The translations under genes and the position numbers were made by a program. Positions 17,813-26,038 of a DNA stretch of 32,021 bases are shown here, one piece after another; the first letter of the stretch is position 1, and the number at the start of each line of letters is the position of its first letter. The notes under the pieces were generated by a model that searched no databases, was not told the DNA's origin, and was given only the letters and a program-made list of their open reading frames with translations. Source of the DNA: Bacteroidota bacterium. GTDB taxonomy: Bacteria > Bacteroidota > Bacteroidia > Bacteroidales > UBA12077. The stretch is taken from NCBI GenBank assembly GCA_051747085.1, contig JBNJFS010000004.1, positions 1 to 32,021 on the forward strand, given 5' to 3'.

Positions 17813-19243
17813 ATGATAAAAAAGACCAAAATAGTAGCTACCATTTCGGATAAAACATGCACCCCTGATTTTATCAAGAAACTTTATAACAATGGAATGG
17901 ATGTTGTTCGGATGAACACTGCCCATCAGAGGCCTGAAGATGCATTAAAAGTTATTCAGGATGTACGTTCGGTATCGGATAAAATAGCCTTACTTATCGA
18001 TACCAAAGGGCCGGAAGTAAGAACGGCAAGAACTGACCGGGTTATAGAGCTTGTAACAGGACAGGAAATTCTCATGAAGGGAGATCCGAATAAAGAATCT
18101 ACCGATGATTGTATTTATGTATCCTATGATGGTTTTGTAAATGAGGTGCCCGATAATACCAAAATCTTAATTGATGATGGGTATGTTGAGCTGGAAGTTA
18201 TAAAAAAACAGGGTGATTCGCTGTTATGTAAAGCACTTAACGATGGAGTAGTGAAAGGACGCAAAAGTGTAAATGTGCCGAATGTAAATTTCAACCTGCC
18301 CTGTTTAAGCCAGCGGGATAAAGAATTTATTTTGTTAGCCATTGATCAGGACATCGATTTTATTGCGCACTCATTTGTTCGTAGCAAAGAAGATATATTA
18401 GAAATTCAGAAAATTTTAGACCAACACGACAGCCAAATTAAAATTATTTCCAAAATAGAAAACCAACAGGGGGTTGACAATATCGATGAGATTTTGGATC
18501 ATACTTACGGTATAATGGTTGCCCGCGGTGACCTGGCGGTAGAAATACCCTATGAAAAAATTCCAGGTATTCAACGCGAATTAATCAATAAATGTATTGA
18601 TCGACGTAAGCCGGTAATTATCGCAACACAAATGCTACACTCAATGATTCAGAGTCCGCGACCTACCCGCGCCGAAGTAAATGATGTAGCCAGTGCTGTT
18701 TACAACAATGCCGATGCCATAATGCTTAGTGGAGAAACAGCCAGTGGCAATTATCCCGTTGAATCGGTATGTACGATGGCTCGTATCGCTACAGAAGTTG
18801 AGAAATCAAAAGATTTAATCAATGATATTCCGATTGTGGTAATTAACAATCAGGTGGCTGCATTTTTAATTAAAACGGCGGTTCAGGCTTCGGTTAACCT
18901 GGATGCTAAAGCGATTATTGCCGATTCCATGTCGGGACGTACCTTACGAAGTCTGGCGGCTTACCGCGGTGCAAAGCCTATCTTCGCCCAGTGCTATTCG
19001 AAACGTACCATGCGCGAAATGGCACTAAACTATGGAGTGATTGCCAATTATATGAGTCCGAAAGATACCTCCCATGAATTTTTGCTCGAAGCATTAACCA
19101 ATCTTTTAAATGAAAATATGTTAAACAATGATGATCTTATTGTGGTTGTTGCCGGTAACTTTGGGCGTAGTGTTGGTGCTTCATACACCGAAATTGGCAC
19201 CATTGAAAATCTTATGGGAAATTTATCGCAATTAATGCAATAA
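17813..19243 (+). CDS. pyk: Pyruvate kinase
   Basis: KTKIVATI, RMNTAH, DTKGPEVRT, KIEN, MVARGDL, ATQML.SM...PRPTRAE, DAIMLSGETA. Confidence 0.98.
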   Translation: MIKKTKIVATISDKTCTPDFIKKLYNNGMDVVRMNTAHQRPEDALKVIQDVRSVSDKIALLIDTKGPEVRTARTDRVIELVTGQEILMKGDPNKESTDDCIYVSYDGFVNEVPDNTKILIDDGYVELEVIKKQGDSLLCKALNDGVVKGRKSVNVPNVNFNLPCLSQRDKEFILLAIDQDIDFIAHSFVRSKEDILEIQKILDQHDSQIKIISKIENQQGVDNIDEILDHTYGIMVARGDLAVEIPYEKIPGIQRELINKCIDRRKPVIIATQMLHSMIQSPRPTRAEVNDVASAVYNNADAIMLSGETASGNYPVESVCTMARIATEVEKSKDLINDIPIVVINNQVAAFLIKTAVQASVNLDAKAIIADSMSGRTLRSLAAYRGAKPIFAQCYSKRTMREMALNYGVIANYMSPKDTSHEFLLEALTNLLNENMLNNDDLIVVVAGNFGRSVGASYTEIGTIENLMGNLSQLMQ

Positions 19244-19251
19244 CCTGAAAA

Positions 19252-19288
19252 CAAAAAGCCGGTATTGTTCGAATACCGGCTTTTCTTT
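19252..19288. terminator. Bidirectional intrinsic terminator (pyk / ECF operon)
   Basis: AAAAGCCGGTATT (19254-19266) / AATACCGGCTTTT (19272-19284), a perfect 13-bp inverted repeat. Confidence 0.9.
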
Positions 19289-19308
19289 AGTTTAAAACAA
19301 ACCTATAA

Positions 19309-20394
19309 CTATCTTAACCTAACATTACCATATTTCGTTTGGATATTTACTTCGGATGCCGGATTCTCTTTTTCTCCTACGCTCCCTTTAACAGTTAGCG
19401 AGTTACCTTCTTTGATATGGGTTACTCTCCGGGTTCCGGGATAATCAATATCGGCATATTTTGCATATCCTTTAATCTGGTATGAAGCATTTGCGTCTAT
19501 TCCTAATTTTATTCCTCCATATTCATTATCAATATCAATTTTTTCAAAACCCTGGGGAATAAAATCTACGGTTATTCCTCCATACCTGTTATCTACTTCC
19601 AGCAACTTAGAAACTTCTTTAAATTTCATTTCGGTATATGCTGTTGTTCCTACAAAATTGGATATGGTTCCGATATTATAAGTATCATATTTTGACTCAC
19701 AAACAATGGAACTAACCTTGTTAACAAACAGTTTGGAATATTTAGTAACGGCAATTAACGCTTTACTTCTTTCAATCTCTAATCTTGAATACTGTAAGGT
19801 AACATTTAGCCATTCGCATTCGTCAATATTACCATTGGAATAACCAAGCGATATTTCACTAAAGGGTTTTTTATTGCCGCGGATAATTTTATTGATCTTC
19901 AGGTTTCCGTATTTTACATCAACTATAGCATGTCCAGATATCTCATTGATAAATACATTTCCATACTTATTTTCTAAGTCAAGTTTGATATTTTTTGGAA
20001 TTTTAATATCGTAATCAATGCTAAACTCTTTTTTATTATCACTAAAGGTAAAATTCCATTTACTAAATTTATTGTCAATCGTTGTAATGGCTTTTATCGT
20101 ATTCCCGTCTTGAGAGATATCAACCTGAATATATTCGAGAAGCTCTTTGGCTTTATCTTCGTTCCGGTGATCAACAGTAATTGTTACATCAATAACTACC
20201 TGATTTTTATCCCAGTTATTGATATCCACATCGCCAAATTTATTTTCGATAAGGAGTAGTGTATTTTGATCGGCATTAAATTCTTTATGCAGATTCTTGG
20301 AGAATTCATCAGCTGCCGAAAAAGCCGCTGAAACAACTAATATTTGTATAAAAAATATTAATAATAAGATGGATTTAAATTTTGGTGCTTTCAT
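19309..20394 (-). CDS. Secreted beta-solenoid/adhesin-like protein (DUF4097-like)
   Basis: Signal peptide and repeated (N/K)KYG(N/D)V-type beta repeats (ENKFGDV, ENKYGNV, VKYGNL, NRYGGI, NEYGGI, TKYGNV). Third gene of the ECF operon. Confidence 0.7.
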   Translation of the reverse strand: MKAPKFKSILLLIFFIQILVVSAAFSAADEFSKNLHKEFNADQNTLLLIENKFGDVDINNWDKNQVVIDVTITVDHRNEDKAKELLEYIQVDISQDGNTIKAITTIDNKFSKWNFTFSDNKKEFSIDYDIKIPKNIKLDLENKYGNVFINEISGHAIVDVKYGNLKINKIIRGNKKPFSEISLGYSNGNIDECEWLNVTLQYSRLEIERSKALIAVTKYSKLFVNKVSSIVCESKYDTYNIGTISNFVGTTAYTEMKFKEVSKLLEVDNRYGGITVDFIPQGFEKIDIDNEYGGIKLGIDANASYQIKGYAKYADIDYPGTRRVTHIKEGNSLTVKGSVGEKENPASEVNIQTKYGNVRLR

Positions 20395-20941
20395 AGTTTT
20401 CTTGTTTTTCTTGTTCGATATTTTTTACTTGTTGTAATTGTCCTAATATTTGATTCATTACTTCAACTTTTAGTTGGTAATGTTGTATCATGGCATTGAT
20501 AACTCTATCGTCGTTTGGGTTTAGGGTCAGGTCTTTTTTCAGGTTTTCATACATAGAATCCATTTGGTTTAGCTCGTGCATTAACATTTCTTTTTGAGCC
20601 GTATCGATAAATGAAAATTCATCGATTTCATTATATTTCTGATTAACCAGCCGGGTATAATACATTTCCACTTCGTTATATTCAGGAGAAATCTCCCGTA
20701 AGGCAATACCGTCTTTTATGGCAGGGGGTGAAAATGTTTTATCATAAACCCAAAGTCCGGAGAGTACTACCAGCAATGCAACAACGGCAGCTTTAAGCAT
20801 ATAGCCAAACGTAAACGTTTTGCTCCTGCCTTTATGCAGCTGGTTCAGTTTTTGTTCGAATCGTTCAAAATGCCCTTCATCGGGTTCTGACGAATCGAAA
20901 ACCGAACGGTTTTCATGGATTATTTTTTCCAGATCTTTCAT
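20375..20941 (-). CDS. Putative anti-sigma factor (single-TM membrane protein)
   Basis: Directly downstream of the ECF sigma gene. N-terminal FDSSEPDEGHFERFEQKL, one TM segment, helical periplasmic domain ending NPNDDRVINAMIQ. Confidence 0.7.
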   Translation of the reverse strand: MKDLEKIIHENRSVFDSSEPDEGHFERFEQKLNQLHKGRSKTFTFGYMLKAAVVALLVVLSGLWVYDKTFSPPAIKDGIALREISPEYNEVEMYYTRLVNQKYNEIDEFSFIDTAQKEMLMHELNQMDSMYENLKKDLTLNPNDDRVINAMIQHYQLKVEVMNQILGQLQQVKNIEQEKQENYESTKI

Positions 20942-20943
20942 AT

Positions 20944-21513
20944 TTAGTTGGTTTTTGCTTTTTCCTGTAAATTCTTCAATAACTTTTGTTTAGCCCTGGC
21001 ACATTGTGATCGTGATGTTGAGCTGCTAATATTTAATATCTCACTAATTTCATCATGATCATACCCTTCGATTAAATACAGCGACAAAACGATTCGGTAT
21101 CCCTCAGGCAAATGATTAATCTCATATCGAATCTCTTCTGCTTTAATGGTTGTCTGCTCCTCATTAATCACTTTATCTTCTTCTTTAAGCTCATAAAGCG
21201 AATCCTCCAGGGATTCCATATCAAGCTTCTTTTTTCTCAGCTCGTCGAGCGAATGATTAATCACAATCCTTTTAAGCCAGGCGCCAAAACTTACCTCTCC
21301 TTTGTAGGAATGAATTTTATCAAATGCTTTTAAGAACGCTTCCTGCATAATATCTTCAGCTTCAAAACTATCGTTCACAATGCGTAAGCAGGTATTATAC
21401 ATTGCTTTGTAATATAACTTATACAGTTGAAACTGAGCTTTCTGCTCTCCCGATTTACACCGGTCAACAATATCCTGATGGATATTCTTGTATATATTTT
21501 CCTGTTTATTCAT
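20944..21513 (-). CDS. ECF-family RNA polymerase sigma-70 factor
   Basis: Region 2 (AEDIMQEAFLKAF...FGAWLKRIVIN) and region 4 (LPEGYRIVLSLYLIEGYDHDEISEILNIS..TSRSQ..RAK) in 189 aa. Confidence 0.95.
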   Translation of the reverse strand: MNKQENIYKNIHQDIVDRCKSGEQKAQFQLYKLYYKAMYNTCLRIVNDSFEAEDIMQEAFLKAFDKIHSYKGEVSFGAWLKRIVINHSLDELRKKKLDMESLEDSLYELKEEDKVINEEQTTIKAEEIRYEINHLPEGYRIVLSLYLIEGYDHDEISEILNISSSTSRSQCARAKQKLLKNLQEKAKTN

Positions 21514-21518
21514 ATTCC

Positions 21519-21552
21519 GATTAAAAGACGTTAAAAATTATTTTGCGCTGCA
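21519..21552 (-). promoter_or_regulatory. Putative autoregulatory ECF promoter
   Basis: Minus strand TGCAGC-N17-GTCTTTTAATC immediately upstream of the sigma ATG. No TAnnTTTG occurs on this strand in the intergenic region. Confidence 0.55.
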
Positions 21553-21705
21553 TAATCACCACAATTTATTAATTTTTTTGTAAAGAACATTTTTAACTTC
21601 TTTATTTCAACGGACGTATTTAAAAAGAATGTGATGCATTGTGGGCTCATTAAAAAATATCAGGCAATATATCAATGTTTAAATCATAATGGGATACAAT
21701 TTATT

Positions 21706-21713
21706 TATTTTTG
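21706..21713 (+). promoter_or_regulatory. -7 promoter element for the TonB-dependent receptor
   Basis: TATTTTTG, 26 nt upstream of ATG 21740, which supports that start over 21689. Confidence 0.6.
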
Positions 21714-21739
21714 TGCCTTTAATCTTTAATAATACATTT

Positions 21740-23800
21740 ATGAATATATCATCGAATAAAAGCACAGGTAAGAAATCATTCATTTTTAACCAATGGAAAC
21801 GGAAAGGGTATTCGGTTTTTGCCAGTTTACATAAAATTATCAAAATTACCACACTGAACCTGGCCTACAGCATAGTCCTTTTACCGATACCGGTACTGAG
21901 TCAGACCGACACATCGAATATTAAGAATCATGAATTAGACGAAGTAATTGTAAGTGCACAAAAATCGCCGGTAGTTTACTCCCGGCTGTCGAGAATCGTA
22001 ACCACTGTTGATAATGAAGAAATAGCCAATATGCCTGTATCACGCATCAACGATGTGCTGGAAAATTTCTCAGGTGTCGATATCAGGCAACGTGGAGCTT
22101 ATGGGATTCAGGCTGATATTAGCATTCGTGGAGGTTCTTTTGATCAAAATTTAATTCTTCTGAATGGAGTAAATATTTCTGACCCGCAAACCGGTCACCA
22201 CAGCTTAAACCTCCCTATCGACCTTCATGCTGTAGAACGGATTGAAATTTTAGAAGGCTCGGGGTCGCGGGTTTTTGGAGCAAATGCCTTTAGCGGAGCC
22301 ATCAACTTTATCACAAACGAGTCGAAACAAAACTATACAAAAGCCAATATTACTGTTGGCGATTTTGGTTTATTTCATTCAAACCTCTCCAGTGCTTACC
22401 GGATAAAAAACACCCGTCAGTTTGTATCCTTCTCTCAATCGATGAGTAATGGCTATACCCAGAACACCGATTTTAACCAGTATAATCTTTTTTACCAATT
22501 AAATCATGCGGCTGATTATGGTAAGATCCATTTTCAATCGGGCTATACCAACAAGCAATTTGGGGCAAACAGTTTTTATACCCCCGAATATCCCAATCAA
22601 TTTGAACATATTAAAACAACCTTTGCCAGTATAAGCTTTGAAACAGGGGATAAACTAAAAATAAGTCCTGTAATATATTTCCGCCGTCACCAGGACCGGT
22701 TTGAATTATTTCGGGATGAACCTGCCAGCTGGTATACCGGACATAATTATCATTTAACCCATGTGTATGGAGCAAAACTGGATGCACGGATAAGTACGAA
22801 ACTGGGAATATCATCCTTCAGTGCGGAAATCAGGTCAGAAAATATAGTAAGCAATGTTTTGGGTGAGCCTATGAATGATACCCTAAGTGCTATTGGTGAA
22901 GAGGAAGGTTTTTATACTAAAAAATACAGCCGCACCTTGTCAAATTATGCTATCGAGCACTCGTTCTCGTTTTCCGGTTTTTCTGTTAATGCCGGCTTAC
23001 TGGCTAGTTGGGTTACCGGGAACCGTTCAGCCTTAAATTTATACCCGGGCATGGATATAAGTTTAGCGCTAACTAAACAGCTGAGATGGTATGCCTCGAT
23101 CAATAAATCGTTACGCTTACCTACCTTTACGGATTTATTTTATTCCGGTCCAAATAACACCGGGAATCCAAATTTGAAACCGGAAGAAGCCTGGAGTTAT
23201 GAAACCGGATTTAAATATTCTCAACCGTTCATTATATCCGATTACCAATTTTTTTATCGCGATGCAAAAGATCTGATTGCATGGGTTAAACCGTTAGAAT
23301 CCGTTCTATCTGACAAATGGGAAACTCAGAATTTAACCGAAGCAACAACCCTTGGTTTGTCTACCAATCAACGAATACTCTTTCATCAGGAAGAAAGAAT
23401 GAAAATCATTAACTATGTGGATATAAAATATACCTATTTATACCAAACAGTTCATTCGGACAATTACAAAACCAACTATTCGTTAAATTATTTAAAGCAT
23501 CATTTAATCATACAATCAGCGCATCAAATCCAACAAGGTTTAACAATAAGCTGGAGCGCGAGATTTCAGGACAGAGCGGGTCGTTTTCCTTATTATGATC
23601 AAACTGTTCGTGCTTATACCCGGGAAAAAGAATATACTCCTGTGTGGTTATTTGATACCCGGTTAAACTACAATCTCAGATGGAGTGATATTTATGTTGA
23701 AATAAGCAATCTTTTTAACCACTCATATGATGATATTTCTAATATACCGATGCCGGGAAGGTGGTTTAAAATTGGCATTAAAACCACCCTGAACTATTAA
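21740..23800 (+). CDS. TonB-dependent outer-membrane receptor (BtuB/CirA-like)
   Basis: TonB box LDEVIVSA, plug (GVDIRQRG..GIQADISIRGG..DQNLILLNG; ERIEILEG..S..FGANAFSGAIN), GNPNLKPE, and C-terminal N..N..Y...PGR.F.IG. Confidence 0.92.
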   Translation: MNISSNKSTGKKSFIFNQWKRKGYSVFASLHKIIKITTLNLAYSIVLLPIPVLSQTDTSNIKNHELDEVIVSAQKSPVVYSRLSRIVTTVDNEEIANMPVSRINDVLENFSGVDIRQRGAYGIQADISIRGGSFDQNLILLNGVNISDPQTGHHSLNLPIDLHAVERIEILEGSGSRVFGANAFSGAINFITNESKQNYTKANITVGDFGLFHSNLSSAYRIKNTRQFVSFSQSMSNGYTQNTDFNQYNLFYQLNHAADYGKIHFQSGYTNKQFGANSFYTPEYPNQFEHIKTTFASISFETGDKLKISPVIYFRRHQDRFELFRDEPASWYTGHNYHLTHVYGAKLDARISTKLGISSFSAEIRSENIVSNVLGEPMNDTLSAIGEEEGFYTKKYSRTLSNYAIEHSFSFSGFSVNAGLLASWVTGNRSALNLYPGMDISLALTKQLRWYASINKSLRLPTFTDLFYSGPNNTGNPNLKPEEAWSYETGFKYSQPFIISDYQFFYRDAKDLIAWVKPLESVLSDKWETQNLTEATTLGLSTNQRILFHQEERMKIINYVDIKYTYLYQTVHSDNYKTNYSLNYLKHHLIIQSAHQIQQGLTISWSARFQDRAGRFPYYDQTVRAYTREKEYTPVWLFDTRLNYNLRWSDIYVEISNLFNHSYDDISNIPMPGRWFKIGIKTTLNY

Positions 23801-23857
23801 AAATAAAAAAAAATAAAATTTAATCCTCTGAAAATATTGATATTATAATATTTTTTA

Positions 23858-23865
23858 TAAATTTG
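23858..23865 (+). promoter_or_regulatory. -7 promoter element for the small lipoprotein
   Basis: TAAATTTG, 37 nt upstream of the ATG. Confidence 0.6.
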
Positions 23866-23902
23866 TTGGGAATCCTAATCTATAATTAAACCAAATTACA
23901 CA

Positions 23903-24130
23903 ATGAAAAAATTACAATTATTACTGGTAGCCTTTGCATTAATTAGTTTTACTGCCCTATATTCTTGCGGTGGTTCAAAAGAAAAAGCTGAAGAAAAAGT
24001 TGAAGAAGCAACTGAACAATTAGAAGAAGCAAAAGAAGAAGTTGAAGACACTGCAGAAGAAGCAGCTGAAGAAGCTGAAGAAACTACAGAAGAAGTTAAA
24101 GAAGAAGCTGAAGAAGTTATTGAAGAGTAA
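23903..24130 (+). CDS. Small, highly acidic low-complexity lipoprotein
   Basis: MKK, hydrophobic stretch and LYSC lipobox. The mature part is E/A/K-rich. It has its own promoter and terminator. Confidence 0.8.
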   Translation: MKKLQLLLVAFALISFTALYSCGGSKEKAEEKVEEATEQLEEAKEEVEDTAEEAAEEAEETTEEVKEEAEEVIEE

Positions 24131-24154
24131 GCTAATTTTGCAATAAAAAAAATT

Positions 24155-24184
24155 AAAGCAGGACAAGATGTCCTGCTTTTTTTA
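24155..24184. terminator. Intrinsic terminator between the lipoprotein and Yip1 genes
   Basis: AAAGCAGGACA-AGA-TGTCCTGCTTT followed by a T-tract. Confidence 0.88.
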
Positions 24185-24206
24185 TTCCGTTATTTTTCTT
24201 TCTTAT

Positions 24207-24905
24207 TTATTCATCTTCCATTTCCTTTGATGCTTCTTCGAGTTCTTTAGCAGCCTCTTTGGCAGCTTTTTCATACTCTTTTAACACCTTATTGGCTTCA
24301 TTCTCATAGCTTTTAGACATTCTGTTTACTGAACCACGGGTAGCCATTCCAATAATAAAGAAAAGAATTAACAATCCTCCTAAAACATAGGACACAATTT
24401 TTGCAGGCTGGTCGTTTCCTTTAAGTGCAACAGTAATACCTATATATAATAAATATAAAGCATACAGGTTAATCGCTAAACTAATTACTTTACTAAGGAT
24501 AACAACTCCTCCCAGAAAACCAAAAAAGGCACCTATCGGCATGATTACCATCAAAGAAGCAGCAACACGCATACTGGGTTCAAATTCTGTATTCCCTTTG
24601 GCGATAGAAGAGATGATTAATACAATTAAACCTCCAATAAATACACCAATAACCGCAGCAATTATAGACCATATCAGGGCGATAAATCCAACGCCTCCTC
24701 CAAGCCAGCCGGAAGAAGCAGTTAAATTAAGCAAACTCCAGATTAAAGCAAAAATACCGGCAATAGCTCCATAAATTAATGCTTTTACTACGGGCTCACC
24801 AATTCCACCAGTGGTTTCCATGGTAGAAAAGTACTCTTTAGGAGACAAAAGCGTTTTCTTTGAATCTTCAATAAATTTTTTAAAACTAAATCCTTGATTA
24901 CTCAT
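24207..24905 (-). CDS. Yip1-domain membrane protein
   Basis: N-terminal LLSPKEYF motif, about 5 TM helices, G.TEF...RVAA..M.I.P pattern and a charged helical C-terminal tail. Confidence 0.8.
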   Translation of the reverse strand: MSNQGFSFKKFIEDSKKTLLSPKEYFSTMETTGGIGEPVVKALIYGAIAGIFALIWSLLNLTASSGWLGGGVGFIALIWSIIAAVIGVFIGGLIVLIISSIAKGNTEFEPSMRVAASLMVIMPIGAFFGFLGGVVILSKVISLAINLYALYLLYIGITVALKGNDQPAKIVSYVLGGLLILFFIIGMATRGSVNRMSKSYENEANKVLKEYEKAAKEAAKELEEASKEMEDE

Positions 24906-25191
24906 AACATTTTATTTTAAGGTTAAGTAATGATTAATAGCTTATTTTAAGTAAAAAAAGTATGCTTAAAATAATTTCTTTTTAAAAATACAAAATTTTA
25001 TCAAGGAATAAAATCAGGGATTTAAAAATTTAATTCGTTTCTAATATTAATTTACATTATTCTCCGATAAAAAATAAATAAAATTGGAAATTAGTAAATA
25101 AATCAAGGTTTCAGAATGGATTCAATATTTTTATCGGACAACAGTGATTAATTTATATAAATTTATCCTCTACAAATGAAAAGTTACGTTT

Positions 25192-26028
25192 TTAAAACAT
25201 TTTAAATGATAGAAGATGAATCATCCCGGTAACAACCTCTCCTTTTTCATAATCCAACTCCGAACCAAAAAGGCTGTGCGGAATAATATAAATGAGCAAA
25301 AGTATAACGGATGCAACCAGAGTATATTTGTAATTTGTTTTTTTTCTGTTTGCTAACACGGCAGCTATCCAAAACAGAACGGCAATAAGGGTTTTATTAT
25401 CGGTTAAATCCCATCCCAAAGGAACTCCTGTCCAGGCCTGACCAAAAGCAAAATACTGAACGACAGGTCCAAAAATCAATCCACCAACAATTAATAAAGT
25501 TAACGTTAGTCTACCATAAAATACCTGTTGTTTCATTTTTCCCAAAGCAAATAATCCTGTTAAATTGGAGAGCAGCATAGCTATAAACATAAAGAGTACG
25601 TGGGGAATCAAAGCCCAGTCGGGCACTTCGCCTTTATACCGGATAATGACTTTCGGGGTCATTTTAATATTACCGGGAGATTCCTTTTTCCATAAGCGAA
25701 TATAATACTCCAACTTGCCGGCAGGTGGTTGTTTAGGCAAATATCCCGTTAAATTTTTATCCGCATTGTTTAATTCGATGCTACGCCATTCATCGTTGGT
25801 TGGATACCTTTTAAACACGATTTCCCCATCGATTAAAGAATCATTAACCGGAATTTGAATCATACAGTCCCGGGTCGAAACATGACTTCGCGGTGACCGG
25901 AAATTCAATGTTCTATCATTGAATTCCACTTCGTTCTTTTTCGGTTTTGTAGGACCTGTTTTGCGTTGGTAATATGCGGATGATAAGGTAATAACTATAG
26001 CAAGTATCCAAAAAAATGTTTTTTTCAT
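25192..26028 (-). CDS. Hypothetical membrane protein (N-terminal TM, soluble beta domain, 4 C-terminal TMs)
   Basis: Likely ATG at 26028. Motif-like segments LPKQPPAGKLEYY, GPVVQYFAFGQAWTGVPLGWDLTDNKTLIA, IPHSLFGSELDY. Confidence 0.8.
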   Translation of the reverse strand: MKKTFFWILAIVITLSSAYYQRKTGPTKPKKNEVEFNDRTLNFRSPRSHVSTRDCMIQIPVNDSLIDGEIVFKRYPTNDEWRSIELNNADKNLTGYLPKQPPAGKLEYYIRLWKKESPGNIKMTPKVIIRYKGEVPDWALIPHVLFMFIAMLLSNLTGLFALGKMKQQVFYGRLTLTLLIVGGLIFGPVVQYFAFGQAWTGVPLGWDLTDNKTLIAVLFWIAAVLANRKKTNYKYTLVASVILLLIYIIPHSLFGSELDYEKGEVVTGMIHLLSFKMF

Positions 26029-26038
26029 GTTTGAAACA

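Noticed and set aside
21514-21739. Cobalamin or other riboswitch upstream of the TonB receptor
   Set aside because: The region is AT-rich with no B12-box-like motifs, and the -7 element sits only 26 nt from the start, leaving no room.
23975-24127. GAAGAAGC-type repeats as a CRISPR array or non-coding tandem repeat
   Set aside because: They are irregular codon-level repeats of a Glu/Ala-rich ORF, with no repeat-spacer periodicity.
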